A stretch of 64,000 bases of DNA. It comes from Macrostomum hystrix. Taxonomy: Eukaryota; Animalia; Platyhelminthes. The notes beneath the pieces were generated by a model that worked only from the letters and a program-made list of their open reading frames with translations, searched no databases and had not been told where the DNA came from. The DNA lies in assembly GCA_950097015.1 (NCBI GenBank), contig CATNEN010000024.1, positions 806,001 to 870,000 on the forward strand. The letters are read 5' to 3'. The position numbers and the translations under genes are program-made. Positions 25,966 through 38,520 of this stretch are shown here, piece after piece; the stretch's first letter is position 1; every line of letters begins with the position of its first letter.

Positions 25966-28295
25966 ATGACTATCAACGAGGTTGCCGTGAACCAGAATGA
26001 GGTGGAGACATTCGCCTTCCAGGCTGAGATCGCTCAGCTCATGAGCCTCATCATCAACACCTTCTACTCGAATAAGGAGATCTTCCTTCGCGAGTTGATC
26101 TCCAATGCTAGCGACGCGTTGGACAAAATCCGCTACCGCAGCCTGACTGACCAGTCTGTCCTGGACACTGGGCGGGAGCTGCACATCAAAGTGATCCCCG
26201 ACAAGGCCAAGGGCACCCTGACCATCATGGACACCGGCATCGGCATGACCAAGGCGGATCTGGTCAACAACCTGGGCACAATTGCCAGGTCCGGCACCAA
26301 GGCGTTCATGGAGGCCTTGCAGGCTGGCGCGGACATCAGCATGATCGGCCAGTTCGGCGTGGGCTTCTACTCGGCTTATCTAGTGGCCGACAAGGTCGAA
26401 GTCTTTTCTAAGCACAATGACGACGAGCAGTACGCGTGGGAGTCTTCAGCCGGTGGCAGCTTCACTGTCAGGCCAGACGCTGGCGAGCCGATGGGCCGCG
26501 GCACCAAGATTGTGCTCCACATGAAGGAGGACCAGACAGAGTACCTGGAGGAGCGCAAGATCAAGGAGATCATCAAGAAGCACTCACAGTTCATTGGCTA
26601 TCCAATCAAGCTGGTGCTGGAGAAGGAGAGGGATAAGGAGGTAAGCTGGAGTTCTGATTTCCGAGGTGTTACTTCCGCAGCAGTGAGACTCGATAAGCAT
26701 GTTATCATATCCTCCGCTGAATTTCCCCCAAAATGCAGATTGAGGACGACGAAGTCGAGATGGAGGTGGACTCGAAGACGGAGAAGTCGGAGCCGGAAGA
26801 CTCGGAGAAGCCGGCCGACGAGAACGGCGAGGCCGAGAAGCCGAAGATCGAAGATGACGAGAGCGACGAGGAGGGCAGCGACGAGGAGAAGGACAAGAGC
26901 AAGAAGAAAAAGAAGAGGGTCAAGGAGAAGTACATCGACGAGGAGGAGCTGAACAAGACCAAGCCGATTTGGACCCGCAACCACGAGGACATCACCCAGG
27001 AGGAGTACGGCGAGTTCTACAAGTCCCTAAGCAACGACTGGGAGGAGCATCTGGCCGTGAAGCACTTCAGCGTCGAGGGTCAGCTAGAGTTCCGCGCCCT
27101 GCTGTTCGTGCCCAAGCGCGCCCCGTTCGACCTATTCGAGAACCGGATGAAGCGCAACAATATCAAGCTGTACGTGCGCCGCGTCTTCATCATGGACAAC
27201 TGCGAGGATCTGATCCCGGAGTACCTGAACTTCATCAAGGGCGTCGTTGACAGCGAGGACCTGCCGCTCAACATCAGCCGCGAGATGCTGCAGCAGAACA
27301 AGATCCTGAAGGTCATCCGGAAGAACATTGTCAAGAAGTGTCTCGAACTGTTCGACGACATCGCCGAGGACAAGGAGAACTTCAAGAAGTTCTACGAGCA
27401 GTTCGGCAAGAACCTGAAGCTGGGCATCCACGAGGACAGCACCAACCGCAAGAAGCTGGCCGACTACCTGCGCTACCACTCCAGCTGCTCCGGCGACGAC
27501 TGGACCAGCCTGAAGGAGTACGTCAGCCGCATGAAGGAGAACCAGAAGGACATTTACTACATCACCGGCGAGTCCAGGGAGGCGGTCTCTCACTCGGCCT
27601 TCGTTGAGCGACTGCGCAAGCGTGGCCTCGAGGTGCTGTACATGACCGACCCCATCGACGAGTACGCGGTCCAGCAGCTGCGCGAGTACGACGGCAAGAA
27701 GCTGGTCTGCGTCACCAAGGAGGGCCTCGAGCTACCGGAGGAGGAAGACGAGAAGAAGGCATTCGAGGAGAAGAAGGCCGCCTTCGAGCCGCTGTGCAAA
27801 GCCATGAAGGACATCCTGGACAAGAAGGTGGAGAAGGTGACGGTGTCCAACCGGCTGGTTGACTCGCCCTGCTGCATCGTGACCTCGCAGTACGGCTGGT
27901 CCGCCAACATGGAGCGCATCATGAAGGCGCAGGCCCTCCGCGACTCATCAACAATGGGCTACATGGCCGCCAAGAAGCACCTGGAGATCAATCCTGACCA
28001 TGCCATCTGCGCCGCCATGAAGCTGCGCGTCGAGGCCGATAAGAACGACAAGGCCGTGAAGGACCTGGTGCACCTGCTGTTCGAGACGGCCCTGCTTGCC
28101 TCTGGCTTCAGCCTGGAGGATCCGCAGATTCACGCCGGCCGCATCCACCGCATGGTGCAGCTCGGCCTGGGCATCGAGGACCCCGCCGAGGATGCCGCCG
28201 CTCCTGACCAGGCCGCCACCTCTGGCGCTGATGCCGGCGCTGGCGATGCCGCTCAGTCCGCCGACGACGACGCCAAGATGGAGGAGGTGGATTAG
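25966..28295 (+). CDS. HSP90: Cytosolic HSP90; join(25966..26640,26739..28295), ~743 aa
   Basis: [55 protein letters not shown], charged linker and C-terminal MEEVD. Single 98-bp GT-AG intron. Confidence 0.98.
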
Positions 28296-28857
28296 CTGAT
28301 GAAAGCCTTATTTGCTACTGCTAGTAGCCACTACTGACTGCGAATAGAATAACTCAACATTTCTATTTTCCTAAACATTGTACTAAGCGCGATCTTCTAA
28401 AGATCGTTCCGTATTGCGAGTGACATTGTTTCATTTTTTACCTAAAAATGTCAGCATTTCTTCTATTAGACCGCTTAGACTTCATGACTATTATTGTTAC
28501 ATGCAACTGTTATTCCAAAAACTGCAAATAAACTGTGTTAAATTATCAAAATTTAAACATTGTGTCATCATGTCTAGTGACCCACAGTTTTAATTAACTC
28601 TTCATTGAACAAAGAAATACTTTTCAAACTTTCCAATTTTTTAAGTTTGTTAAGTTTCGATTAGAAATAAAAATGCAATTCACATCGCGAGCACTTTGAA
28701 AGCAGTTGACAGTTGTTTGGCATTTTAGGGCCAATCCCTAGGTACAGCAGGAACAGCTGGGACAATATCAGTGATCTAGTTGTCACTGAACAGAGAAAGA
28801 GGAAATGGACTACTTAAAGTAGTGAGAACGTGATTACAACCCATCATTGAGTAAGAG

Positions 28858-28915
28858 TGCGCACTGCCTGATGTACACACCTGTGCGAGTGTATGATTGT
28901 GTGCACAAGGGTTAG
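28858..28915 (+). mobile_element. SINE family A internal fragment
   Basis: CACTGCCTGATGTACACACCTGTGCGAG matches the family A body. Confidence 0.6.
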
Positions 28916-28954
28916 TAAAAATAAATTGAATCTTCGCAGTAAGAGACCGTCTTT

Positions 28955-29225
28955 TCGGCTAGAGGGTCGGGGGTTCGATTCTCGACTCCACTTGAACAAT
29001 TTGTATCCTTTAGCAGGAAACTCAACTCTGCATTGCTTCAGTTCACCCAGCTGTTAAATGGGTGCCAGCATTAGCTGGGATAATTGAAGGTGGGTGTGGC
29101 GTCCCCCCAGTCCGTGGACTGAACAGCTGTACGCAGCCTTCAGATGCGCCGCGCAATAGCTGCGGCTGTGCTGTCGGCTGCTCATCTGATCCTATTAATA
29201 TATTATTATTAAATATATTATTAGT
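28955..29225 (+). mobile_element. SINE family B (CORE-like), 5'-truncated
   Basis: GGTTCGATTC B box, CTCAACTCTGCATTGCTTCAGTTCACCCAGCTGTTAAATGGG core and an AT-rich tail. Confidence 0.85.
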
Positions 29226-29754
29226 GAAAATGAGCCGAATCGCTTTTCTCACTGGCTAGGATTTTGAATTTCATAAAAATATGAGTCTGTGACACTACCC
29301 ACTGAAAAGGGGTTTTAATACTCGTACTAGTATTCGTTTACTAAATCCTGTTTTATAATTGAGACCCATAATTTTATTTTTAAATACTAATTTTTAGATA
29401 TTGTAGGCTGAATTTCGGAAATGATTAATTTTTTATTAGAGATTGGTTGGTTGGATTCTGGATATTGGAAATAAAAAGTTTGCGATGGTTGACTTCTGAT
29501 TGCAGAACCAGCGATAACAATTGCTATAATAACTATAGCATTAAATATTTTACTATGAGTAGTGTAGATTCAATACAAGATGAGCCTAATTCTTATGCAA
29601 GTGTAACAAGCTACTTTCTAGTAACGGTTGTTTGCAAGTAATCGACTGAACTCACTTAAAAAGGCCAAAAGAAGTTAAGATATTTTTTATTAAGCATTGC
29701 CAGAGAAAACAGTGCGTTAGTATTGCTTTGTATTTATATATACGCCAGCGTGTC

Positions 29755-32700
29755 TCAGGCATCCTCAATGCTCAATAAGCGCCAAGCGACCGCAATGGCA
29801 TAGGCGGCCAGGCAAGCAACACACACAGCCAGGTACAGGCTCAGCAGCAGGCAGCCACGACGACAGATGTGGCGATAACGCCTGTTGCCGCTGATGTTGC
29901 TCGGACGCTCCGTGACAGTTGACGACGTCATTAGCGGAGTATCGGCGGCGGCAGCGTGACGAGGATGATCGCTAGTCCGACGCATGTCACCAGCCGCGCC
30001 GTTGATCATTCGTCCAGCTTCAACCAGACGACCGTCGGCCTCGTCGATGCCGGCGTCCCAGCTGGTTCTGCGCCTGGTGGCCCGGGCCAGCTCGGCGGCA
30101 AATGTGGCCACTGAGCAAAGGCTGCAGCAGCCGATCAGCCACATGCTGAGTAGGGAATCCACTGGCGCTTGAGCATAAGCCTAGGAGCAGAGAGTGAAAG
30201 AGACCATTGCTGTTAACAGAATTAATAACAAGCTATTTTTCTACCAGGTATTAGTACTGTAAACTTTAAACTTGCGTGTAATAAGATAAATAACAGTTTT
30301 ATTTGCAGGAGGGCTGTGGGCACATCATTGAATGATTCTTGCACGCCATTGACGCACGAGTCGGCGTGTTGGAATCCCATTGTCGATTGACTATTAAGTT
30401 GCATGATAAATTTGAGCGAGTGGACAGAGAGGGGTCAAAGGGGCGAAGCCCCATTGTGGGGTGCGGAGGCAGAGCCCCCTTGTCGCGGAATCGAGCTCAG
30501 GGACCGTGGCGCGAGAGGCAAACGCGTTAATAACTCTGCCACTCACTCTCCTAAACTTTCAAAGCCGCCCGAGTCAGCATCGTCGAGATATTCAGCGATT
30601 CTTGTCGCAGACCCTGGTGACAAGGACAACTAGCATTGCTCTGTGTAAAACTCTATGGCGAATCCATAATTACGAGTCCATCGTAGTTCAAAACAGGAAA
30701 AAATTTAATCAATCCAAAATAGTCAACAATTATAGCCGACATGGTTACATGATAAAATTTTGAGGACAGAAAAAATTGTGCCCCATATTGGTGGTTTTTG
30801 CCATCAGACACCCCGACGAGAGTCGTTGAATGTCTCGACGATGCCGATGTTTTGTGATTCTGGCAGTCATTTCATCGGATTGAGAGGAAAATCTTAGACC
30901 GCGTTCCGCCCAAAAAAATGTGGGCTTTTGAAATACCACAAGTCTTTCGACTGTTAATAGACAAATGATAAAGTTTGAGAAGTACTGAAGGCTTCCTGAA
31001 GCTCACCTGTTGCGCAAGTAGCCACCAGAGGATGAAGACGCCCACAGCACAGCCGGCGCACAAGCCAGATCGTCCGGCGCGCAAGCCGCAGGCCGACAGC
31101 GCCACTAACAGCGCGCTCGGTACATACGCGCCAATCAGAAAGCGCGTCAACTGTCGGCGTAGCTTCAGCCGCAGTCTCAGGACGCCTGTGTCTGCTGTGC
31201 CACCGAGTCCGCGCCTGGCACGCTTGCCAGCCTCGCCGACCCCGTAGCCCAAGAACTGGACGCCAGTCAGGGTTGAGTCGCCAAGCCGTTTTCCTATTGG
31301 CCAGTCAGTAGCATTGCTAGGCAACCACTCCAATCGCTGCTGAGACTCTGATCCGCCAGTGATCCTCAACAATGAGTCGCACAGGAGATTGTCCAGCGGC
31401 AGTAGGCCGAGCTGAGAAATGGATTTTCACACGAGAGTCAGATCATCAGATAAGATACTTTTCAATACTCGTTTCATTTGCTGAACTACCTGACTGTCCG
31501 CGCAGTCTAGACCGACATCGAGCTGCTGTGTCAATGTCACCGAGCCGTCAGAATCGACACTTGCCATGATGACACTTGACTCGCCGGCCGCGACAGAGAA
31601 TTGAACCCTAGGCTTCCAGAGCTTCTCGAGAAAGTGCGGATAGAGCAGCACACGTGAGATGCGCGCATTTTTGAAAGCCAGTCTAGTGTCCCGCCAGGTG
31701 AGCCGAAGCACCAGTCGGGCTGTTAGGCTATCCTGCTGCTGTTGCTGCTGCTGCTGCTGCTGAACAATAGTACGCTTGGCCAGATGGAGCGGCGAAGCAT
31801 TGGCCTGCACCAGCAACGGTGAATCGGCCGGACTGTAAGAGGGTTTTGGGGAGGAACAGAGACTTGGAGGTGGCTGTAAAAGTCCGAGCGAATGAAACTG
31901 CAGGGAGTGAGTTTGCTATACAGTCTGAGGCAAATGAAACGACAGGGAGTGAGGTTGCTGTACAGTCTGAGGCAAATTAAATTACTGGGAGTGAGGTGGC
32001 TGTATAGTCTAAGGCAAATGAAAAGGCGGGCAGTGAGGTGGCTGTCAAGTCTGAGGCGAATGAAAATGCAGGGAGTGAGGTGGCTGTATAGAAGTCCGAG
32101 CCGAATGAAAATACAGGAGTGAGGTGGTTTTAAAGTCCGAGCCAAATGATAGGGGGTGATGTGGCTGTAAGTCCACGAACTGACTCAGATCAATTGATTA
32201 CTTGGTTAAGATCAAGAATTTTTCTCACATCTTTTGTTTACTCCGAAATAGGAAAATAACGAAATATTTTAGCTGATTATCAAAATCTCTCAGTCAAAAC
32301 AAAACTTAGAGAGGCCCCTCCACACCCACCTGCTCCGGGTGTGCGTGGGCGGAATCTCTAAGGCTTGCTTCTTATACAGAACTTAATCGCGATTGCCCAG
32401 TTGAAAATGAGAGGGCGGAGAAGAAATGAGAAGTCACGCACGGACAAGCAGCAACTATGAGCCGCTATTCTTCCTGCTCCAGTGCGTGCAGCCCTGCAAT
32501 AATTACCGGTAGATTCTCATCCATCGCAGTCAATTTGCATCTGACCTCATTTCTCCCCGTCTTTTTTTGTCGATTGTCGATTTTGCTGACGCATTTTTCT
32601 CGACACAAAGGGAAATCTCTAATCCCACTCAACAGCTGCGCTTTGCTATGGCGAGACCAGACAGAATTGTCACATTGGATTTGTGTTTAAAATGTGAAGA

Positions 32701-33225
32701 ATATCAAACAACTCACGCTGACAGGCCGTTGTAGTTCCGATAGACAAATATCTCGAATTGAACTCCGTATTCGTCATTGCCGCCTGCCACTTTTTGAATG
32801 CGATCCAAATAGCGCGTGTCAAATTCAGAACGACTGCCACCGCCGCCACCGATGCCGCCACCGACGCCGCCACCGACGCCGCCACCGACGCCGCCACCGA
32901 CGTTGCCAACACCGAGAATTCGGCCGCCTCCGCTGCTGTTTCGGCTGGATGAGGCGGTACGCATTTTGGCCATGTAACGCGAGATAACGCTTTCAGTGGC
33001 ACTGCTGCTGCTGCTGCTGTTGCTGTTACTAATGCTTCTGTTGCTGTTTCTACTTGCCGCAGCCTGCAGCCCGAGTAGCAGCTGGATCGAGTCGCTCGGG
33101 TCAACAGAAGAAGACGATGGTCTCGGCTTCAAGGTTGATAATCCACTCGGCGATTTCTCGGCGCAAGCCAGTGAAAGCAGAAGCAAAACGATTGGTGGGA
33201 GGGCGGACAGCCACAGACTATGCAT
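29755..33225 (-). CDS. Divergent Cys-loop ligand-gated ion channel subunit; complement(join(29755..30180,31007..31411,31490..31832,32717..33225)), ~560 aa
   Basis: Signal peptide; LTWRDTRL, LWKPRVQF and DGSVTLTQQL extracellular motifs; Cys-loop CADSQLGLLPLDNLLC across a splice; LRRQLTRFLIGAYVPSALLVALS (pre-M1/M1); four hydrophobic segments. All splice phases are consistent. Confidence 0.82.
30290..30542 (-). mobile_element. Chimeric SINE family A (normal head and tail, foreign middle)
   Basis: Head GTGGCAGAG...GCTCGATTCC and tail GCAGGAGGGCTG flank unrelated sequence containing GGGGCGAAGCCCC...GGCAGAGCCCCC. Confidence 0.65.
30550..30957 (-). mobile_element. TTAACAGT-family non-autonomous element in the LGIC last intron
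   Basis: Ends GACTGTTAA. Shares CATCGTCGAGATATTCA(G/A)CGATTCT and CAGAGCAATG motifs with the 33912 and 39256 copies. Confidence 0.75.
31865..32170. repeat. Degenerate 42-bp tandem repeat in LGIC intron 1 (~7 copies)
   Basis: CTGTACAGTCTGAGGCAAATGAAACGACAGGGAGTGAGGTGG-like units. Confidence 0.85.
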
Positions 33226-33911
33226 GCTTGACTTGGAGTTTGTCTCTGCTGCTTCTGTATAGCTTCTCAGAACTTCTCTGGTGCTATATAGCTTACTTTA
33301 TAGGCGGCCTGGATGACTGCTTCTACGTTCGTCTCATTTCTCTCATTGGGTCTCTCGGCTTCCTTCCTGACCCTGTCTCTCCCTACTCCCTCCCTCCCCT
33401 CTCCCCACACGCAGTAATTGTGCGGATCTTCCCGCAAGTACTAGAGGCAGCGGGAGCTCGCCTGCTGGGACATGGCTGGGATCTGTTTGATGAATCCAAT
33501 CTGCATTTCATCGGGCATAGTAGGCCACTCTAGTGATTGAAAAATCCCCTTGCCCAGTCTCTGCCACACTGCTGCTAATCCCCCTCTCGATGCATTTGCA
33601 TAGTTGAGTCTGGTGACACGTCAATCTATGGGATTATGCTGTTAGGATTTCTCCAAGTCACACAATGCCCTTCTCATAAGCCTCATAAGAAAGTAGGACA
33701 GACGAGAGTCAACGTCCCGTCGAGTAGTCTCAACTTTCAGTTTTTATACTTAGCTCTTTATAGCTGTTTAGCTGTCACTGATGTGAAGGGCAGTGACCCA
33801 CCTAAATAGAAATAGTTAGAAAATAAATTAACTTCCAATTAAATGAAGCCCTTCCAAGAAAACTTGCTCGCGTGTTTTACTTCGAAGTAGAGACTCACTT
33901 TAACAGTTGCT

Positions 33912-34362
33912 TTAACAGTAGAGAGAATACTACCCACCAATCCGTATAAAAATCCAGAACATCGGCAAAAATTGTTTTTATCTATCCGATAAAAAACCTT
34001 CCAGAATAACAAAACATCAGCGTCGTCGAGATTTTCAACGATTCTCGTCGGGGTGTGGTGGAAAAAACTCCTTCATGTCGCCATCATGTTTTCATTTTTA
34101 CCTATTGAACCAATATGGATTTGCCCTAGCTAGGGGTTTACACAGAGCAATGTCAGTTGTCCTTGTCACCTGCAGGTTCTTCGACAAGAATCGCTGACGA
34201 TGCTGACGTCGCACGGTTTTGAAAGTTGGTTCATCGTAAAGGGCGGCAAATGTTGAAGCAGATGGTGGACTTTCATGACAATCGGTCATTCGGTTTGGGA
34301 GCTATCGTGGTCTACCAACGTGGTCTCACCCCTCTGGGGAAATAGAGGTTTTTCTATTGTAA
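33912..34362 (+). mobile_element. TTAACAGTAG-family non-autonomous element
   Basis: Left end TTAACAGTAG, imperfect right end TTTTTCTATTGTAA. The internal sequence is collinear with 40235-40610. Confidence 0.72.
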
Positions 34363-34745
34363 CGATTAATTAATTCACAAGCTAATAAAATAATTGAACA
34401 AAGTCTATTAAAGAGAAAGTCAAAGACTCAATATTGAATTCAAATTATAGTTCTTTTCCATTCCTCAGCTGTCATTCATCCATAGGTTAATGAATCCTGC
34501 CCGCTGGCACATCCAGCTTCAGGACATCTCAATTCTGCCACAGGATGAGTTGAGGCGACAAAGTTGTCTCTCTTTGTTTTGAGAATAATAGCGTGTTAAC
34601 TGCGTTAGTAAATTAACTTACCTTTTGCAAAGACACAGACATTGTCAAAAAGCTTTTCAAAGTCTGAAGATTACTCTGATAATTTGTTCAGCCCAATTGG
34701 TTTAAATCCAATTTAATTAACAACTATTCAAATTTTCGGAGGTGA

Positions 34746-35140
34746 GTGGCAGAGCGGTCTGACGCGTTTGCCTCTCACACCAAGGTCCTTAAGCTCGATA
34801 CCGCGGCGAGGCCACATTCATTTAGGGCGCAGCCGCGGAGAGAAGGCTTGGGGGCTTGTCGTGAAATTTACGCCGTTGAGGGCCAACCTCCAAGGCACAG
34901 TGAGAGTGTACACTGCCAACGTTGCCAACGTTTCCTTCGAAGTAGACTGAAGTCTGACAATGAGAAAGCTATGGCAGATGTACACACCCCAGTGGGAGTG
35001 TGTGCCTGCGTACGGTATCTGTATGAGTGTGTGCTCAGGAGTCAGCGAATTGGGCTGATAAGCTTCCTCGCCGGCTGCGGGTCTAGTGTCGCCAAATGAT
35101 GTGCCATTAATTGCCCGCAGCCCTCCTGAAATTATTATTA
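34746..35140 (+). mobile_element. SINE family A, full-length plus-strand copy
   Basis: GTGGCAGAGCGG...GCTCGATACC head and GCAGCCCTCCTGAAATTATTATT tail. Confidence 0.83.
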
Positions 35141-35257
35141 GTATACTCAGATTGTCTCTACTGTACGAATGTACTTTTATCTAGGGGCTAATAATCGAAT
35201 AATATTTTCATGAGGGCAGTGAGCGCTAGAAACATAAGTATAGTATAAGAGCAGACG

Positions 35258-35445
35258 ACCTGCAGCCAGCGATGAGGCAATTCCGCCCATTCTGCTGACT
35301 GAGCACACACACACACACACTCACACACACTCACACACACACACACTCACACACACACACACACACTCACACACACACACTCACACACACACACACACAC
35401 TCACACACACACACACTCACACACACACACACACACTCACACACA
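35258..35445. repeat. SINE-A fragment running into a (CA)n microsatellite punctuated by CT
   Basis: CTGCAGCCAGCG...GCTGACTGAGCACACAC followed by ~140 bp of CACACACT repeats. Confidence 0.85.
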
Positions 35446-35895
35446 GTGTGAAATTTGCTCGAAATTCTTTCAAAATAGCAATTCATTAATTAAAGTTCAT
35501 TTTGATGTCAAAGGGGGCTATTTTTAGAGTCCATCATACGAGCTAAATTTCTTGGATAGCCATTTTAGGAAAAAAAATAGGTGGATTAATTCTCTCGCCA
35601 TTCATTAATGCACCGGCGTAGGCGTATAACATATTCAGCAAATCCTTTGACTCAATGATCAAAAACAAAGCTCCTTCAACTCAAATTTTTTTTATAAATT
35701 TTAAATCCAAAAATAAAAATTAAAGAAAAATGAAAAAAACACAATCAAAGAGTTTATTACTGCAACAGTCACACCTCAATGCACATGTTTATTTAGCAAT
35801 TATTGATCTAGCATAAAATTAGAGAGGCAAAAGCAAAAACAACTGATTCCATTGTGAGTTGACATCTAAAAAAGGCAATGTTGATTCAGAGAGGC

Positions 35896-36950
35896 TTAGG
35901 CCAGCCAAAGCTTCAGTCGGAAGGCGTCAACGCCGTTTAAATAATAGCGAACTAGGCGCTTGTCCCTGATGAAGCCCAGCCTCTCGTACAAGTTGAGCGC
36001 GGCGCTGTTAGTGACTTCGGTTTCTAGGACCACCTCCGAGCAGTCCTGGCGCTGCAGGCTGGCTAGGGCCAGGTGGACCAGGTGACTGCCGATGCGGCGC
36101 CTGCGAGCCGAATTTGTTTCGATATGAGTATGAGCTGTTTGCGACAAATTAGCTATTTGTAATTTCGATTAATTCCCTTTGATGTTGACCAACAAAATCT
36201 CTCTGATGTTTACCGACAATTCCCTTCTGCTATTCACAAACCATTTCTCTCTGAAGTTTACCGACAATTCCCTTCTGCTATTCACCAAACCATTTCTCTC
36301 TGATGTTTACCGACAATTCCCTTCTGCTATTCACCAAACCATTTCTCTCTGAAGTTTACCGACAATTCCCTTCTGCTATTCACCAAACCATTTCTCTCTG
36401 ATGTTTACCGACAATTCCCTTCTGCTATCCACAAAACCATTTCTCTCTGATGTTTACCGACAATTCCCTTCTGCTATTCACCAAACAATTTCTCTCAGTT
36501 TACCGACAATTCCCTTCTGCTATCCACAAAACCATTTCTCTCTGATGTTTACCGACAATTCCCTTCTGCTATTCACCAAACCATTTCTCACTGATGATCT
36601 CTGTAGTCATGTTCTATACTACTTCGTACACAGGTATTAAATAGAGCCGGCGGTAATTAAGCAGCTGACCGTCTGAAAGCCGGTTCCACAGCCAGCATGG
36701 CAATGTAGCCGCGCAGGTGGCCCAATCGATGAGGATCCAATTTGCCGACAATGACACCGGCGCATCGGCCAGTTTCAATATCGTAGGCCAGGTAGCAGAG
36801 ATCTGGCCAATTGTGTATGAAATATCTGTACGTATAGACTGAATAGGGCTCCGACAGTTCGCTAGTGATCTGACCGACAATATCTGGCAAGTCCGCCTCC
36901 GATTTGTAGGGTCGATAGCGCACGCCTTCGTGCTCTTCCACCTCTGCCAT
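35896..36950 (-). CDS. NAA30: N-alpha-acetyltransferase 30 (NatC catalytic); complement(join(35896..36100,36670..36950)), ~161 aa
   Basis: [37 protein letters not shown] and [29 protein letters not shown]. The phase-2 intron joins AFRR-RRIG. Confidence 0.96.
36200..36595. repeat. 49-bp minisatellite in the NAA30 intron (~8 copies)
   Basis: CTCTCTGATGTTTACCGACAATTCCCTTCTGCTATTCACCAAACCATTT tandem units. Confidence 0.95.
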
Positions 36951-37442
36951 GTCGGGCACTATTTCACAGTCGCTTGGCGTAGCTGAAAATGTCAATTAAT
37001 TAAGTTGTTTAATGCATACTACTGATAAAGTTGAAGCAAGTAGTATGATAGTGAGGTTTAGCGAAAAAATAAAGGAAATGACAGAAGAGGATTGCAGTAG
37101 TATCTGTCGCCTTTTTCTAATATACATGCCAATGGCAAAATAGTTCGTTAGTAGCCTAAAATGTATCTATTTGAATTAAAAACCTTTGTATTAACTGACT
37201 AAGCATACAAACAATTCTGGAGCTTAATTTCAAAGAAAGCAAAACGACTAAAATCCAGGTAACATTTAAGCGAATACACAGACATGGAAATCTGTTGTAG
37301 GCCAAGGAATAATTAACAACATCAACACAATCCAAAGGTTTATCTCAAAACCTGGGACTAAGGGCAATCATGAAAAATGCGAAAGCGAACGATTGGACAA
37401 GTAAAATACTTAATAAGAAAGGAGTTTATTTGCTAATAAAAT

Positions 37443-38430
37443 AGGCGCTGTGACTAACAACTGGAGGATCAGGGGGCGGGTAATCAATGTAGCAACGGAA
37501 GGATCTGTGGAGGGGGCGGGTAATCATGGTAGCAACGGAAGGATCAGGGGGCGGGTAATCAAGGTATCAACTGAAGGATCAGGGGGCGGGTAATCAAGGT
37601 AGCAACTGAAGGATCAGGGGGCGGGTAATCATGGTAGCAACTGAAGGATCAGGGGGCGGGTAATCAAGGTAGCAACTGAAGGATCTGCGGAGGGGGCGGG
37701 TAATCAAGGTAGCAACTGAATGATCTGTGGAGGGGGGCGGGTAATCACGGTAGCACCTGAAGGATCAGGGGGCGGGTAATCACGGTAGCACCTGAAGGAT
37801 CAGGGGTCGGGTAATCACGGTAGCACCTGAAGGATCAGGGGGCGGGTAATCAAGGTATCAACTGAAGGATCAGGGGGCGGGTAATCAAGGTAGCAACTGA
37901 AGGATCTGTGGAGGGGGGCGGGTAATCACGGTAGCACCTGAAGGATCAGGGGGCGGGTAATCACGGTAGCACCTGAAGGATCAGGGGGCGGGTAATCAAG
38001 GTAGCAACTGAAGGATCAGGGGGCGGGTAATCAAGGTAGCAACTGAAGGATCTGTGGAGGGGGGCGGGTAATCACGGTAGCACCTGAAGGATCAGGGGGC
38101 GGGTAATCAAGGTATCAACTGAAGGATCAGGGGGCGGGTAATCAAGGTAGCAACTGAAGGATCTGTGGAGGGGGGCGGGTAATCACGGTAGCGCCTGAAG
38201 GATCAGGGGGCGGGTAATCACGGTAGCACCTGAAGGATCAGGGGGCGGGTAATCAAGGTAGCAACTGAAGGATCAGGGGGCGGGTAATCATGGTAGCAAC
38301 TGAAGGATCTGTGGAGGGGGCGGGTAATCACGGTAGCACCTGAAGGATCAGGGGGCGGGTAATCATGGTAGCAACTGAAGGATCAGGGGGCGGGTAATCA
38401 AGGTAGCAACTGAAGGATCAGGGGGCGGGA
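37443..38430. repeat. G-rich 35-bp minisatellite with ~40-bp variants (~27 copies)
   Basis: AAGGATCAGGGGGCGGGTAATCAAGGTAGCAACTG. Some units carry an inserted TGTGG. Confidence 0.96.
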
Positions 38431-38520
38431 ACTAAGCAAGAAACCGATTAATCTAAATGTTAGAACACAATAAATATGCCGGTAAATTCCTGACACCATC
38501 CATTCATCAAAACAAGACGA

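Noticed and set aside
25828-28148. Multiple antisense ORFs over HSP90
   Set aside because: Shadow frames of a GC3-rich CDS.
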